Of a DNA stretch of 64,000 bases, positions 28,856-39,464 are shown piece after piece. The notes under the pieces are model-generated. The model was not told where the DNA came from. It saw nothing but the letters and a program-made list of their open reading frames with translations, and did no database searches. Positions within the stretch are counted from its first letter, which is position 1, and each line of letters starts with the position of its first letter. The DNA is from a virus (Duplodnaviria > Caudoviricetes), in the IMG/VR virus record IMGVR_UViG_3300031992_000038, positions 32,001 through 96,000 of that record; one strand, 5' to 3'. The translations under genes were made by a program, and so were the position numbers.

Positions 28856-29311
28856 ATGAAATATAAAGCGATGAACAGAAGACTTGGTACAACAATCAGC
28901 ACGAGCCGTGCGCTCATCGAGGCCGGTGTCGACGCACAGACTGCCGACATGAAGTGGTCGGTTGTTGACGGCGAGTGGGACCTGGCTCCGCTACATCACG
29001 TGTTCAACGTGAAGTCGGAGTCATACAAGAGCGGCAAGGCATATCCGGCGTGGTCATGGGACTGTCTCTTCTCCATGCTGCCGACCGCAATAACGATAAA
29101 GAACAAGAACGGCAACCTCTGCAACTGCAGACTGTCTGTCGTGCGCAACGGCACTGAGATAGTCGAGCACAGGTACATGCCGATACAGCAGACAGACCCT
29201 GACGAGTTCTGTGAGAAGACATGTTCCCATCCCATTCCTGTCGAGTCTGCCGCAGAGATGGTAATTTGGTTACACAAACGTGCGGATGAAGATACAGACG
29301 GCAGAAAATAA
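28856..29311 (+). CDS. hypothetical phage protein
   Basis: Paralog of 3197..3541. Confidence 0.7.
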   Translation: MKYKAMNRRLGTTISTSRALIEAGVDAQTADMKWSVVDGEWDLAPLHHVFNVKSESYKSGKAYPAWSWDCLFSMLPTAITIKNKNGNLCNCRLSVVRNGTEIVEHRYMPIQQTDPDEFCEKTCSHPIPVESAAEMVIWLHKRADEDTDGRK

Positions 29312-29446
29312 CAACGGAAAGTTTGTCGCACGCTTCAAACCGTGCGCGGTGTGCAAATGGCGAACAATCATGACGCCAGATCACACGCAGGCGATGGAGT
29401 TTGACACTGCCGAAGACGCACGAATACACATAAAACAAACATATAC

Positions 29447-30211
29447 ATGGAAAAGGTTAATAAGAAACTTAATGCAAAAAATAAAATAGTATGCGAATTG
29501 AACTCCAAGTTCTATGTGTTCGGGCTGGGCGGAACACCTGCCGGCGAGAAGTACGCGTACAGTGCATACAAAGTAAACGAAAACAACAACAAAGAGTATT
29601 ATTTCTCCATTGAAAGCGTAAACAGTGACAAGACTGTCACATTCAACGGAAAGAAATACTCCGACACCGGGTCATTGATCAAGGCCGTTGACGAATACAA
29701 CTCGTCATTAAAGTATCCGATCGCCACTTACGACCCAATGCTCTCTGACCATTGGAGGATGGAGGAACGGGTGCTGTCCTATCTGAAGGACACTGTCGGT
29801 TTCAAGGCACATTCTGACGGTGAGTACGGGTACAGCGACTACGTGCTCGAGACGTCGAACGGGAACAGATTCATGACACTCGGATTGTCACGCACGAGCG
29901 ACAAAGACACCATCCGCGTGTCGTTGGACGGAAAGACCAGCATGATATTCGAGATTACCGACGAGGACTCCGCAATCAGGACAATAAACGTGTTCCTTAT
30001 GTCTTCATGCGCAAGCGCAATCAAAATGGCGACAGACGTGAGCGGTTCGCTTTTTGAGGGATTCGCAATGGACGACAACATCAAGGAGTTCGACGGGTCA
30101 ATTCGATGCTTCCTCGACGGCGGATACGACCCGAGGGAAAAAGTGCTCAAACAACTTGAGGATGCGGCGGAGGCAATCCGTGAAAGTCTAAAACGGGAGT
30201 CTGAACGATGA
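29447..30211 (+). CDS. hypothetical protein
   Basis: 254-aa ORF. Confidence 0.7.
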   Translation: MEKVNKKLNAKNKIVCELNSKFYVFGLGGTPAGEKYAYSAYKVNENNNKEYYFSIESVNSDKTVTFNGKKYSDTGSLIKAVDEYNSSLKYPIATYDPMLSDHWRMEERVLSYLKDTVGFKAHSDGEYGYSDYVLETSNGNRFMTLGLSRTSDKDTIRVSLDGKTSMIFEITDEDSAIRTINVFLMSSCASAIKMATDVSGSLFEGFAMDDNIKEFDGSIRCFLDGGYDPREKVLKQLEDAAEAIRESLKRESER

Positions 30212-30579
30212 GCGGAGGGGCGTACGATTACATACAATGCCGTCTTGACGAGGTTGTCGGTCGTATGGTCAAGGAGATATCGCTGTTCGGAAAGACGCTT
30301 ACGCAGCAAGACTATGACCGTCTTGACGAATCCGACAAATGGTGGCATGAGGTGGGAGAACCGCTCGGAAACATAACGTCGGAGGAAGCGCTCAAACGCT
30401 TCCGCGAGTGCGCCGAGATAGTGGCGAAGGCCCGAATAGCGATTGAACGCGCCGACTACCTTGTGAGCGGTGATGACAGTGACGATTCTTTCGTCAAACG
30501 ATATGACGAGGAAATGGACGCCCTCGGCAAGTCCATGGCGGACGGTTCGTTCTTCAACCCCGAAAAGTATTTCGACTGA
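30208..30579 (+). CDS. hypothetical phage protein
   Basis: MSGGAYDY...RADYLVSGDDSDDSF. Confidence 0.75.
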   Translation: MSGGAYDYIQCRLDEVVGRMVKEISLFGKTLTQQDYDRLDESDKWWHEVGEPLGNITSEEALKRFRECAEIVAKARIAIERADYLVSGDDSDDSFVKRYDEEMDALGKSMADGSFFNPEKYFD

Positions 30580-30653
30580 TAAAAGTTTTTTTGCACTTTT
30601 TATTTTCCCGTGTTCATAAAATTTTGTATCTTTGTGGAAAATTTGTAGCAAAC

Positions 30654-31463
30654 ATGGAGAAATACATCAAGACAAACCTGAGGTGGCCGGGCGGAAAATC
30701 CCGTATGATGAAGATACTGAAGAATTATCTGCCGGAACGCATCGACAAATACTATGAGACATTTGTCGGTGGAGGGAGCGTAATGCTGTACATAACGCAG
30801 GCTTACCGTCCGTCGGTGAACATCGCCAATGACATAGACGAGTCCCTCATCAACTATTACAGATCCATCAAGGAAGACCCGTCCGGGGTGATGGAGAAGT
30901 GCATGAGCATAAAGGAGAAGTACGGTCCTGACGAGTTCAAAGAAGTGTTCCGAACCCTCGACAGAAACACCGCACACGGTTTTTTCATCTACAACAAGTC
31001 GTCTTTCTCCGGTATCGGCAGGAATTTCTCCCGTCTGGCGTACATAAGGAATTTCAGCGTTCAGTCAATAAACAAGATTTCTGACGTGTCCGGTGTGATA
31101 CAGGACGTGGATTTCATATGCGCAGACTATCAGGACATCGGAGACCTCGACGGGTTTTTCATATACATGGATCCGCCATATTACGAGAACAGCAGCAAAG
31201 GACTCTACGGCGAGCACGGAAACCTGCACAAGGGGTTCGACCATGACAGGATGTTCGAATGGGTGGAACGGATGTCAAAGAGGAACAAAATCATGATAAG
31301 CTACGACAATTCAGAATATGTCAGGTCAATGTACAAGGGCTATCACATACACGACTTCGACTTCGTGTACTCAATGACAAACACCGGCGGGAACCTGTGC
31401 AAGACAGGAAAAGAAATCGTCATAACAAACTATGATGTCAGAAACAATGAGACTCTTCAATAA
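30654..31463 (+). CDS. Dam-like (D12 class) DNA adenine methyltransferase
   Basis: RWPGGKS, ETFVGGGS, YMDPPYY, FDH, EIVITNY. Confidence 0.92.
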   Translation: MEKYIKTNLRWPGGKSRMMKILKNYLPERIDKYYETFVGGGSVMLYITQAYRPSVNIANDIDESLINYYRSIKEDPSGVMEKCMSIKEKYGPDEFKEVFRTLDRNTAHGFFIYNKSSFSGIGRNFSRLAYIRNFSVQSINKISDVSGVIQDVDFICADYQDIGDLDGFFIYMDPPYYENSSKGLYGEHGNLHKGFDHDRMFEWVERMSKRNKIMISYDNSEYVRSMYKGYHIHDFDFVYSMTNTGGNLCKTGKEIVITNYDVRNNETLQ

Positions 31464-31674
31464 AACGGCGCTCAGAACCTCAGTGGCAGCGGTGGCGGTA
31501 GCGGCCGCGGCACTGCTGACGTCATGCGAGCGCGGAAGCAGTAACGGATACACCGTTGTGCACAGGACGGCGTACTGGGACTGTCTGAAACTGAACGACA
31601 GCACCATACTCTGCATACCAACTGCCGAGATGGGAGACAGCGGAATGTCGCCTACATTGCTGATAGTGAAATAA
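31447..31674 (+). CDS. putative lipoprotein
   Basis: AAAALLTS-C lipobox. Confidence 0.55.
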   Translation: MRLFNKTALRTSVAAVAVAAAALLTSCERGSSNGYTVVHRTAYWDCLKLNDSTILCIPTAEMGDSGMSPTLLIVK

Positions 31675-31696
31675 CAGACAAAACAAGATACGGAAA

Positions 31697-32152
31697 ATGA
31701 TATATGTCGGATATCAGGGAATAGGAAAGTCCACATTGTGCCGAAAACACGGCGAATGCGTCGATCTGGAAAGCTCAGTCTTTTTCGTGGACGGAAAAAG
31801 ACATCCGGAATGGTACAAGGTATATGCCCGCATGGCGGAGCACCTGTCCGCACAGGGGAAGACCGTGTTCACTTCGTCACACAAACAGGTCCGCCAGTAC
31901 ATGAACGACAGCGGCATAGCATTCACGGCGGTCACGCCGGCGCCAAGTCTCAAGGACGCATGGACGGAGAAACTGCGCGTCAGATACGAGTCAAGCGGCA
32001 GCGAAAAGGATTACAAGGCGTGGAAGAACTGCGATGAGATGTTCGAACAGAACATACAGGACATGATGAGCGAGAAGAACGTGACAGTCATAGAGTCAGA
32101 GGACTATGACCTCGGGGAACTGCTTGGAATCACTAAAAACGGGCAGAAATGA
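31697..32152 (+). CDS. P-loop NTPase/kinase-like protein
   Basis: GYQGIGKST, DLESS. Confidence 0.8.
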   Translation: MIYVGYQGIGKSTLCRKHGECVDLESSVFFVDGKRHPEWYKVYARMAEHLSAQGKTVFTSSHKQVRQYMNDSGIAFTAVTPAPSLKDAWTEKLRVRYESSGSEKDYKAWKNCDEMFEQNIQDMMSEKNVTVIESEDYDLGELLGITKNGQK

Positions 32153-32430
32153 AACTTAAGACAGCATACAGGACACAGGTCGCATTCGGCGTCTTCCTTC
32201 TCGCCGTCAAGACGCCGTTGTACATAGTGTTCGTTCCATTCGTTCTGATTGCCATGGCATACGACAAGATCAAGGAATGGTTCGAATGGGCGTACTGGAG
32301 CGTCGGAAACCGTCTGCTCAAGTCATCAGACGAAGCCAAGGACGGAGGCATCATCAAGAACAAAAGCATGATAAGACAGTATACGGCGGCCGACGCTTAT
32401 CTCAGATTACGTAAAGAACAATTATTATGA
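32149..32430 (+). CDS. small membrane protein
   Basis: Hydrophobic N-terminal half. Confidence 0.6.
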   Translation: MKLKTAYRTQVAFGVFLLAVKTPLYIVFVPFVLIAMAYDKIKEWFEWAYWSVGNRLLKSSDEAKDGGIIKNKSMIRQYTAADAYLRLRKEQLL

Positions 32431-32915
32431 CTATGGTAAAAGATGGGGCAGAAATTGACAACTTTGTCAAGCAAGTGAACAAAAAGACATCCGCGGTGGA
32501 ACGGCTTTTCAAGAGCCGTAAACGCATCGCCAACGAACTTGAGGAAATGTTCCATGACCAGCTGATCCACATGGTGAACAGTTACGTGAAATTCAAACGC
32601 TACGAAACCGACGAAAACGACACATATGCGAAAATAACCGGCATTGACGTAGGCGCAAACTACGCATCCAGCCCGACATTCCATGTCAACATACGGTTCA
32701 CGGCAATGAATACGTTTGGCGGGTCTAACGCCCTGTTCTACGCGGAACACGGGGCAAAGACATTCATGTTCCTGAACGGAGAATTCACCAAAGAATCATA
32801 TGACAACATGACCACATTCTTCACTACAATCACCGAGGATGAGTTCAAGAATAATGCATACGAAATGTTCGAGAAGAAACTTAACGAAGAAATACTAACC
32901 GACGTGCCGACATGA
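32427..32915 (+). CDS. hypothetical protein
   Basis: ATGA-coupled ORF. Confidence 0.65.
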   Translation: MTMVKDGAEIDNFVKQVNKKTSAVERLFKSRKRIANELEEMFHDQLIHMVNSYVKFKRYETDENDTYAKITGIDVGANYASSPTFHVNIRFTAMNTFGGSNALFYAEHGAKTFMFLNGEFTKESYDNMTTFFTTITEDEFKNNAYEMFEKKLNEEILTDVPT

Positions 32916-33160
32916 AACAACCGAACAACGAACACACTGCTGACGCACTGATCAAGAATGCGTGCGAGATGTGCGAGAACTACTCGACAAGTGACAAATG
33001 CGAGGACAGATACGGATGCCCGGTGTACAACCTGTACCTTATGGCGGCCAACCGTCATGACAGCAACGGACACGGAGGTTCATGGGGCACGCTGCCGACA
33101 CCTCCATCAGAACATGGGCAGTGGGGGACACTTCCGACACCGCCACCCGGAATATGTTGA
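32912..33160 (+). CDS. Cys-rich hypothetical protein
   Basis: CxxC...C...CP; duplicated WGTLPTPP. Confidence 0.55.
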   Translation: MKQPNNEHTADALIKNACEMCENYSTSDKCEDRYGCPVYNLYLMAANRHDSNGHGGSWGTLPTPPSEHGQWGTLPTPPPGIC

Positions 33161-33182
33161 CACAAGAAAACACAATGAGACA

Positions 33183-33419
33183 ATGAGCGACAGTACAATC
33201 GAAATGATTATCACGTGCGTGTTTGTCGTGGGTATCGTGTGGATCACACTGCACTACATAACCAAAATGAGCAGCGACGACACCACTGAGTACATGATGA
33301 AAGACGACGACCGGCACCGCGACCCCTACATATGGTGGAGAGAGGAGAGACAGTACGGCAACAAAACAAAGACTGACAATGACCGAGACGACAAAGACAC
33401 TGCAGATATACGTCAGTGA
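33183..33419 (+). CDS. small membrane protein
   Basis: Single TM helix IITCVFVVGIVWITL. Confidence 0.5.
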   Translation: MSDSTIEMIITCVFVVGIVWITLHYITKMSSDDTTEYMMKDDDRHRDPYIWWREERQYGNKTKTDNDRDDKDTADIRQ

Positions 33420-33873
33420 CGACGGAATGGAATTCATGGACAAGGAGAAATGCCTACAGCACGAGTCGAGGACGGCCGAGATGAGGGATAAGATGAGGTT
33501 CTTCAGGGTGTTTCATTCGCCGGATCTGAACGAGACAGGCAACATGACCCGCTCATTCATCCTTGTCGTATATTCCGCGTACGGCGTGTTTGAAACTATC
33601 GCCGAGAAATACGTCACAGACGTACTTGGCATACCTGCGTTAGGACCGTCCGTGATGGGATACGGCGTACAGCGGCACTTCTACATCCAAAAATGCAGTG
33701 ACGGTTATGACGAAGTGCGGTCCGAAATCGCCGACGGGCATGAAGTGACCGTGCTATGCCCGTGGAAAAAGAACGAACTCATATTCGGACTTCTCGACCC
33801 TGACGGAAGGGACACCAGAGTCAACGACAAAGTGATACTGTTCGACTACATGAAGGAATGGGGATACAAATGA
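33379..33873 (+). CDS. hypothetical protein
   Basis: YVSDDGMEF...CLQHE. Confidence 0.7.
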   Translation: MTETTKTLQIYVSDDGMEFMDKEKCLQHESRTAEMRDKMRFFRVFHSPDLNETGNMTRSFILVVYSAYGVFETIAEKYVTDVLGIPALGPSVMGYGVQRHFYIQKCSDGYDEVRSEIADGHEVTVLCPWKKNELIFGLLDPDGRDTRVNDKVILFDYMKEWGYK

Positions 33874-34130
33874 TGAATTACGACGCCACATTCACTTGGA
33901 TAGACGTCTCCGACGGACTTCCTCCGCGGCAGGAGTTCGTTGACGAGAACGGGAACAAAAGGCTGTCTGACGCGTCCGTCATTGTGATGGCGACAGACGG
34001 CAAGCATCATTACATCACGGCATACGACTACATGTTCGAACAGTGGTGGGCTGAATTTGACTCACTTGTCGACGGAATGAAGATAACGCACTGGGGATAC
34101 CTGCCCGAACTGCCCGGTGAGGCACAATAA
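33870..34130 (+). CDS. DUF551-like protein
   Basis: WIDVSDGLP...ITHWGYLPELP. Confidence 0.7.
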   Translation: MMNYDATFTWIDVSDGLPPRQEFVDENGNKRLSDASVIVMATDGKHHYITAYDYMFEQWWAEFDSLVDGMKITHWGYLPELPGEAQ

Positions 34131-34155
34131 ACATCCAACAAAAACAAACCAAGAA

Positions 34156-34809
34156 ATGTCAACAAGAGCAACAATCAAAATCACAGAAGGAGACACGGCG
34201 CGATGGCTGTACCACCACAGCGACGGATATCCCGACTGGCTGGGACGAGAACTCGACGACACACTGAAAACCGAGAGCGCATGGACACTGCCGTCAATAT
34301 TCACGCGGCTGACAGAGGACGAACAGTACGAGCCCACAGGCGGAATACATGGGGACGAGGAATACGCATATCTCATAGACTGCGACAACAGGACATTGAA
34401 AGGGTATGCCATATACGAGTTCGGAAGCGGGGCGTCGGCCGATTGGACGAACGAGGTGATGCGCAGAGACTACAACACAGCGGCGGCACAACCGAAGACG
34501 TTCGCGCTGGCCGACTGCTTCATCTGCGAGCACTGCCGCAAAACATGCGCCGGGAACTGCTTCGAGCAACTGTCGAAAATCCAAAGAGGGGAATGGAAAC
34601 CCGGCGACAAGGACTACGAGGACAACAAAGACCTTATCGGAAGGAAACAGATAATCAAATGCCTCGGACCTTACTGCGACAGACCGTGCGGACTGCAGAT
34701 GGACAAATTCACGCCATATGACAAGAACGACGGGGTAAGACCGCTGACGGACGCGATAAAATACCTCGGCAACAAGGTGAACGAACTGATCGCTGAACTG
34801 AACAAATAA
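34156..34809 (+). CDS. phage protein (MSTR...YHHSDGYP family) with Cys-rich C-terminus
   Basis: MSTRATI, LYHHSDGYP, HGDEEYAY. Confidence 0.7.
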   Translation: MSTRATIKITEGDTARWLYHHSDGYPDWLGRELDDTLKTESAWTLPSIFTRLTEDEQYEPTGGIHGDEEYAYLIDCDNRTLKGYAIYEFGSGASADWTNEVMRRDYNTAAAQPKTFALADCFICEHCRKTCAGNCFEQLSKIQRGEWKPGDKDYEDNKDLIGRKQIIKCLGPYCDRPCGLQMDKFTPYDKNDGVRPLTDAIKYLGNKVNELIAELNK

Positions 34810-34817
34810 ACACAGAC

Positions 34818-35060
34818 ATGCAAGAGAAAAAGGAAAAGAACCTGTATATGGTGACAACAAGGAGAGGATGGCGTTTCTATGTGGTCGCCGAGACATTCAC
34901 CGGCGCGGCGAATGCCGTGAAGCACCGCCTTGACGAGGCGGACTATGGATACTACGTGGACCGGGAGGTGAGAAGCGTCGAACTGATACGGTCTCAACGG
35001 TTCTTCGGGGACAAGCAGATGTTCTCCGGCGACGACGAGATAAACTTCTTCATCTGCTGA
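34818..35060 (+). CDS. hypothetical protein
   Basis: ORF before terminator. Confidence 0.6.
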   Translation: MQEKKEKNLYMVTTRRGWRFYVVAETFTGAANAVKHRLDEADYGYYVDREVRSVELIRSQRFFGDKQMFSGDDEINFFIC

Positions 35061-35075
35061 CATCAGCACAAAAAG

Positions 35076-35112
35076 AACCCGGACGACTCACAATGTTTCC
35101 GTCCGGGGTTTT
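35076..35112. terminator. intrinsic terminator
   Basis: CCCGGACG...CGTCCGGG followed by T-run; convergent genes. Confidence 0.65.
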
Positions 35113-35147
35113 GTCGTTTCCCATAACGCCGACAGTGTCAATTGACT

Positions 35148-35714
35148 TCAATCATCTGCTCTATATATCGGCAGCGAGTACATGGAACCGTCACTCCAAC
35201 GGGTAAGTTGCCAGTAGGAGAAAACCCTGCCGCTGTCAACAGTCCCGTTATAGTAGTCGGATATCGGGACACCGTCCACCTTTGCCCCAACGCTGTCACA
35301 AGTCACCGTAACTATGTCGGCACATTTCGCGAGTTCAGTAAGGGTGATATTGCTACCGTCCAACGACTGAATGACATAATCTAACGCCGTTACAGAAATG
35401 GATTCTTCGGATGGCTGAACGACAACTGAAGACATATTCGTCGTCGAAGGCAAAATGAAGTATCTTCCATCGCCGGGATAAAAATGCGTAGTTTCACAGT
35501 CCTCATCGACTACCGGTATAAACGAATGGATGATGATACTACCCGGTCTATCCGGTCTTTGTACCGCTGAAAAACCGGACTCACACACAAAAACTTCAAC
35601 GTCAGGCATGTGACCCGCCGCACACGTTATCACGACTGCCGTGTCGTGGAAATATTCCGGCGCCCGACGTATCACGTCACTGCTGATGCATCCGTCATGA
35701 CCTTTCTTTCTCAT
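35148..35714 (-). CDS. hypothetical protein
   Basis: 188-aa ORF. Confidence 0.55.
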   Translation of the reverse strand: MRKKGHDGCISSDVIRRAPEYFHDTAVVITCAAGHMPDVEVFVCESGFSAVQRPDRPGSIIIHSFIPVVDEDCETTHFYPGDGRYFILPSTTNMSSVVVQPSEESISVTALDYVIQSLDGSNITLTELAKCADIVTVTCDSVGAKVDGVPISDYYNGTVDSGRVFSYWQLTRWSDGSMYSLPIYRADD

Positions 35715-35743
35715 ATCAAACCTTTAGTTTCTAAACATTTATA

Positions 35744-36391
35744 TCAATTGTTCGGTTTCATCATAGTTCCCTTTATTTGATTAATCTCGAACGCGCCTCC
35801 GCTGTAAACGATTCTATATTTTGACTCTGACACATACATTAGCGGAGTTTCCGTCACAGTCCTCGGTATCTCGCTGACGTCCACACCGTTCAGTGTGGTG
35901 AAAAATATCTTTTGTACCTCCTGCCCCTTTTGCTTATAGACACCGTTGCTCTCCTCATACCACGTCTTCTCGACAGGTATTATCGCAAAACCGTCCACAA
36001 GCAACGACTCGCCAACCGTCAGCGAACTTCCGTCAGCGGACAAGGTCACAGCGCCGTCCGGTATGGGAACATCACCGCCGACAGAACTGAACTGATCGTA
36101 CTTGTTCTGACGGACGAGACTGTAGTCGTGCGGACGGTACCCGAGCAGTGTCGTGTTGTACCTCTCGGTGATAGGGTTGATAGTCACCGTCAATTCGTTC
36201 TTGATGCAGTCGTTGCACCAGTTGTCGATGTCGTAGAGCATGGCGAACGACAGCTCCGGCTTGTTGTAGGTCATCACCCCCGAGTCCACCTGAATCGCCA
36301 CCCAAGGCTCGCGGTAGGATGAATCGTCGTCATATATTGCGTCGTGACTCGCGGAGTCAGCGTATCTGTGCAGGAATTCAGTGTATCCCAT
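35744..36391 (-). CDS. anchor-domain fibre-like protein
   Basis: FLHRY..SASHDAIY...YREPWV...MTYNKP N-terminus shared with 18156, 26374, 40364. Confidence 0.7.
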   Translation of the reverse strand: MGYTEFLHRYADSASHDAIYDDDSSYREPWVAIQVDSGVMTYNKPELSFAMLYDIDNWCNDCIKNELTVTINPITERYNTTLLGYRPHDYSLVRQNKYDQFSSVGGDVPIPDGAVTLSADGSSLTVGESLLVDGFAIIPVEKTWYEESNGVYKQKGQEVQKIFFTTLNGVDVSEIPRTVTETPLMYVSESKYRIVYSGGAFEINQIKGTMMKPNN

Positions 36392-36518
36392 TGGTTGTCA
36401 CAAAAATTTTTTGATTTATTGTTTACAAATATAAATAGGGAACTATAAATATAGGCCCTTGAAAAACACATCTGCCGATTTTGGCGGTGAAGTCTATTTA
36501 TGCGTATACGCAAGAGAC

Positions 36519-37199
36519 ATGAAGCATAAAAGACAGTTGAGGAAGCTCGTTGATGAGTGTGTAGATAGATGCTTGAGAAAATATTTGGACGAAAGCATTA
36601 AAACCCACGATGATGAGTTTAATATCTATGAGAAACTTGAAGAACTTGACATTTCCTATGACTTCATCAATGACAGGGAAAACATATTGGAAATACGGAC
36701 ACCGGACAACAGCACAAAGGCAAAGGTAAGGCAACTGCTCAATCTCTATGGATGGAAGGAGATAAAGGATAACGGATGGTCGGTTTGCGCCGAAAGGATA
36801 TACGGTGATATATGGAATAATTTCTATGACACTGAAGCAGAAGAAGACGACGAGTACCCTTATGGCGTCGGCATCTATTACCACATAACGCCATCCTACA
36901 AAGTGCCAAAGATATTGAGGCAAGGACTTACTGTGAGAGAGGGAAACAAACTTGGATACGCAAGAGGTGAGAGAATATACCTGTTGTCGTACCCGGGACA
37001 AGAGTTTGCTTACCATCTGTTCAGAGACCGCAAAGGAAAAACCGAAGTGACCATCCTGCTTGTCGACATCAGAAAATACCTCGGAAAGCAAATAAACATA
37101 TATCACGACGATTTCACAAGCGACGACGGGGCTGTCTACACTTATGACTATATTCCGCCCCAATGCATAAAGGTTTACGAAACCTTTGAAATATCATAG
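36519..37199 (+). CDS. putative ADP-ribosyltransferase/Tpt1-like fold protein with capsid-targeting-like N-terminus
   Basis: YYHIT...ILRQGL...IYL...LLVDI...YIPPQCI pattern; LRKLVDECV..LDES start. Confidence 0.6.
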   Translation: MKHKRQLRKLVDECVDRCLRKYLDESIKTHDDEFNIYEKLEELDISYDFINDRENILEIRTPDNSTKAKVRQLLNLYGWKEIKDNGWSVCAERIYGDIWNNFYDTEAEEDDEYPYGVGIYYHITPSYKVPKILRQGLTVREGNKLGYARGERIYLLSYPGQEFAYHLFRDRKGKTEVTILLVDIRKYLGKQINIYHDDFTSDDGAVYTYDYIPPQCIKVYETFEIS

Positions 37200-37253
37200 A
37201 CCTCGTGCCGACAAGTATATCATTGCCTCTATTTATGGATATACGCAAGAAAC

Positions 37254-37853
37254 ATGAAACGTAAAATACAGTTGACAGAAGGCGAACTCAGGGAGATGGT
37301 GAGGGAAAGCGTTGAACGCGTCCTCAATGAGATTGATCAGACGAAGTGGGGCCTTTGGGCGGCTCAGCAAAGAGAACAGCAAAGAATCGGGAAAAGACCG
37401 CTGTCCGCTGCGTCAAAGAGAGTCTTTGACAGAGACTATGCTGGACGCTCCAATATCGCAAAGACACGCTTTTTTGACGACAAGATAGACGACGACCTGC
37501 TTTCAGCGGAAAAAGAATTCAGCAAAAAGCACTTCGATGAGGATCCAAGCAGCGCCGGACGCGTCAGTACAAAGTTCTCCCCGGACTTGATGACAAGCAC
37601 CGGAGGCGTCAATGTCCACCAGAGAGCAAACTATATGGGCGGGAAACTGCAAAGAAACCGCGACTACTACATCAACCCGTACAACCGCGAAGAATGGGGT
37701 TCTGCGGACGGCACGAAGGGGTATGACAGCCTTGGTCCGGGAATGTCCGTGAGAAGGAGGAACACACTGCCGATGAGCGACGACGCGCGCAGACAGCTGA
37801 ACGGCGCACTGGATGACCTGTCAGACTACTACGAAAAGGGTCTGGATTATTAA
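37254..37853 (+). CDS. putative internal head protein
   Basis: IQLTEGELREMVRESVERVLNE. Confidence 0.65.
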   Translation: MKRKIQLTEGELREMVRESVERVLNEIDQTKWGLWAAQQREQQRIGKRPLSAASKRVFDRDYAGRSNIAKTRFFDDKIDDDLLSAEKEFSKKHFDEDPSSAGRVSTKFSPDLMTSTGGVNVHQRANYMGGKLQRNRDYYINPYNREEWGSADGTKGYDSLGPGMSVRRRNTLPMSDDARRQLNGALDDLSDYYEKGLDY

Positions 37854-37890
37854 CGGACATATACGCCCAAAAAACAACACTTGACCGGAC

Positions 37891-39432
37891 ATGAAATATC
37901 TGAAGAAATACACGGACACGAAAGACGCGGAGCAAGGCGTATACAACCAGTTCAGGCCGATGGTCGCGCACAACAAGTACGGCAGCACCGACACCGTAGT
38001 GTACGGCGAGAAGGACATGCTCGAATACAAGGTAGACATACCGGCCGACGGAACATACTGCGTCGTGCCGGAACCGATGCGGGACAACACGGCGACCTAT
38101 TCGCAGATGTTCAACCTCTTCCCCGGCATGATGACCCAACTCTTGATGCAGTGCGGAGACGCGTCAGACATAACATCCAAGATACAGAACGGAACATGGA
38201 AGGACGAGCATCTGAAAGACTACGGAGAACTCACCGACCATCAGCTGATAAACGCGCTCAAGACATCCGACGGACGGGCAAAATACCTCAAGAGCGGATG
38301 GGAGCAAAGCGACGAGTTCCGCTCGCTCAAGGTGTTCTATGACACGCCGGCGGTCTACACCGCTTTCGCGAAATGGTGCGTCAGACCGACAATGAGACTC
38401 TTCTTCCAACGGACGTTCCTGCGCATACTAAACGGCTCGAAGAACGAGACAATACAGTCATCCATACAGAACATCGAAGGCGTGTACGTTCCCGTCTATA
38501 ACACCGAAGATGGCATGTACTGGGCATTCGACGTCGACGAGGCAAACAGGACGGTGACAGTCACAATACCTTCACTGCAAGACTACAAGTCCGGAATATC
38601 CTCCATTGACCCGCTCACTGCAGCAATAAGATCCGCCTTCCAGTGGGACACAAACCCCATCGTCGACCACGTGTCGTTCGACACAATACGCGAGTTCTTC
38701 AAGATGCCGAGGTCATTCGACTCGGCCGGACTCAACATTGACGACGACATGTCATACCGGCTCGCGTGCATGGCCTTCTGTGTCATAGGATTGGGGACAG
38801 TCGGAATATTCCAATGCACACTGGGATACTACTCGGAATACATGAGGCACAAGGGAATAACAAACGAGGAACTCGCCGCAGGGGTAACCGCGCAGGAGAA
38901 CGTCGTGAACGCGCTCATGAGAGTGTGTAAACTCGAAGGGGCGAAGTATTGCGCAGACGGCGCGTTCGGACTTATCGCTTCAGGAGGACTGAGACGTCAG
39001 ATGGGACAGCGAACCTACCCGTCAAGCCCCGTGCGGCAGATAAAGATCGACGGGCAAAACACAGACAGCACCGACGGGAACGTGTCCTTGACCGCGGGCG
39101 AGCACACCGTGACGCTCACGTCTGACAGGATGCTGACCGGTGGAGGCAAATGGACGTTCGGCGCATCCGAAGACGGGACAGGACTCGGAGTGGGCGAATA
39201 CATCACGGAACTCGGCACAACGATGGCGTCCACGTCGATAGGAAACCTCACGCTTCCGAACTGCAAGAAGATAAACATCGCCAAGAACGTGGAAGACGTG
39301 TACGAAAACGCATCCATCACCGCGCACGAGGACTGCGTGTTCGAAGTGGACAGCAAGAACAGACAACTCACGACGAACGGGAAGACACTCTTCAACAAGG
39401 AAGGAACAGCGCTGATCACACTTCAGCACTGA
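37891..39432 (+). CDS. large hypothetical protein, C-terminus resembling a BspA/LRR cap
   Basis: 513 aa; FEVDSKN...NGKTLFNKEGTALI. Confidence 0.65.
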   Translation: MKYLKKYTDTKDAEQGVYNQFRPMVAHNKYGSTDTVVYGEKDMLEYKVDIPADGTYCVVPEPMRDNTATYSQMFNLFPGMMTQLLMQCGDASDITSKIQNGTWKDEHLKDYGELTDHQLINALKTSDGRAKYLKSGWEQSDEFRSLKVFYDTPAVYTAFAKWCVRPTMRLFFQRTFLRILNGSKNETIQSSIQNIEGVYVPVYNTEDGMYWAFDVDEANRTVTVTIPSLQDYKSGISSIDPLTAAIRSAFQWDTNPIVDHVSFDTIREFFKMPRSFDSAGLNIDDDMSYRLACMAFCVIGLGTVGIFQCTLGYYSEYMRHKGITNEELAAGVTAQENVVNALMRVCKLEGAKYCADGAFGLIASGGLRRQMGQRTYPSSPVRQIKIDGQNTDSTDGNVSLTAGEHTVTLTSDRMLTGGGKWTFGASEDGTGLGVGEYITELGTTMASTSIGNLTLPNCKKINIAKNVEDVYENASITAHEDCVFEVDSKNRQLTTNGKTLFNKEGTALITLQH

Positions 39433-39464
39433 CAAAGGAAAACACACACAAACGCATACAGAGA

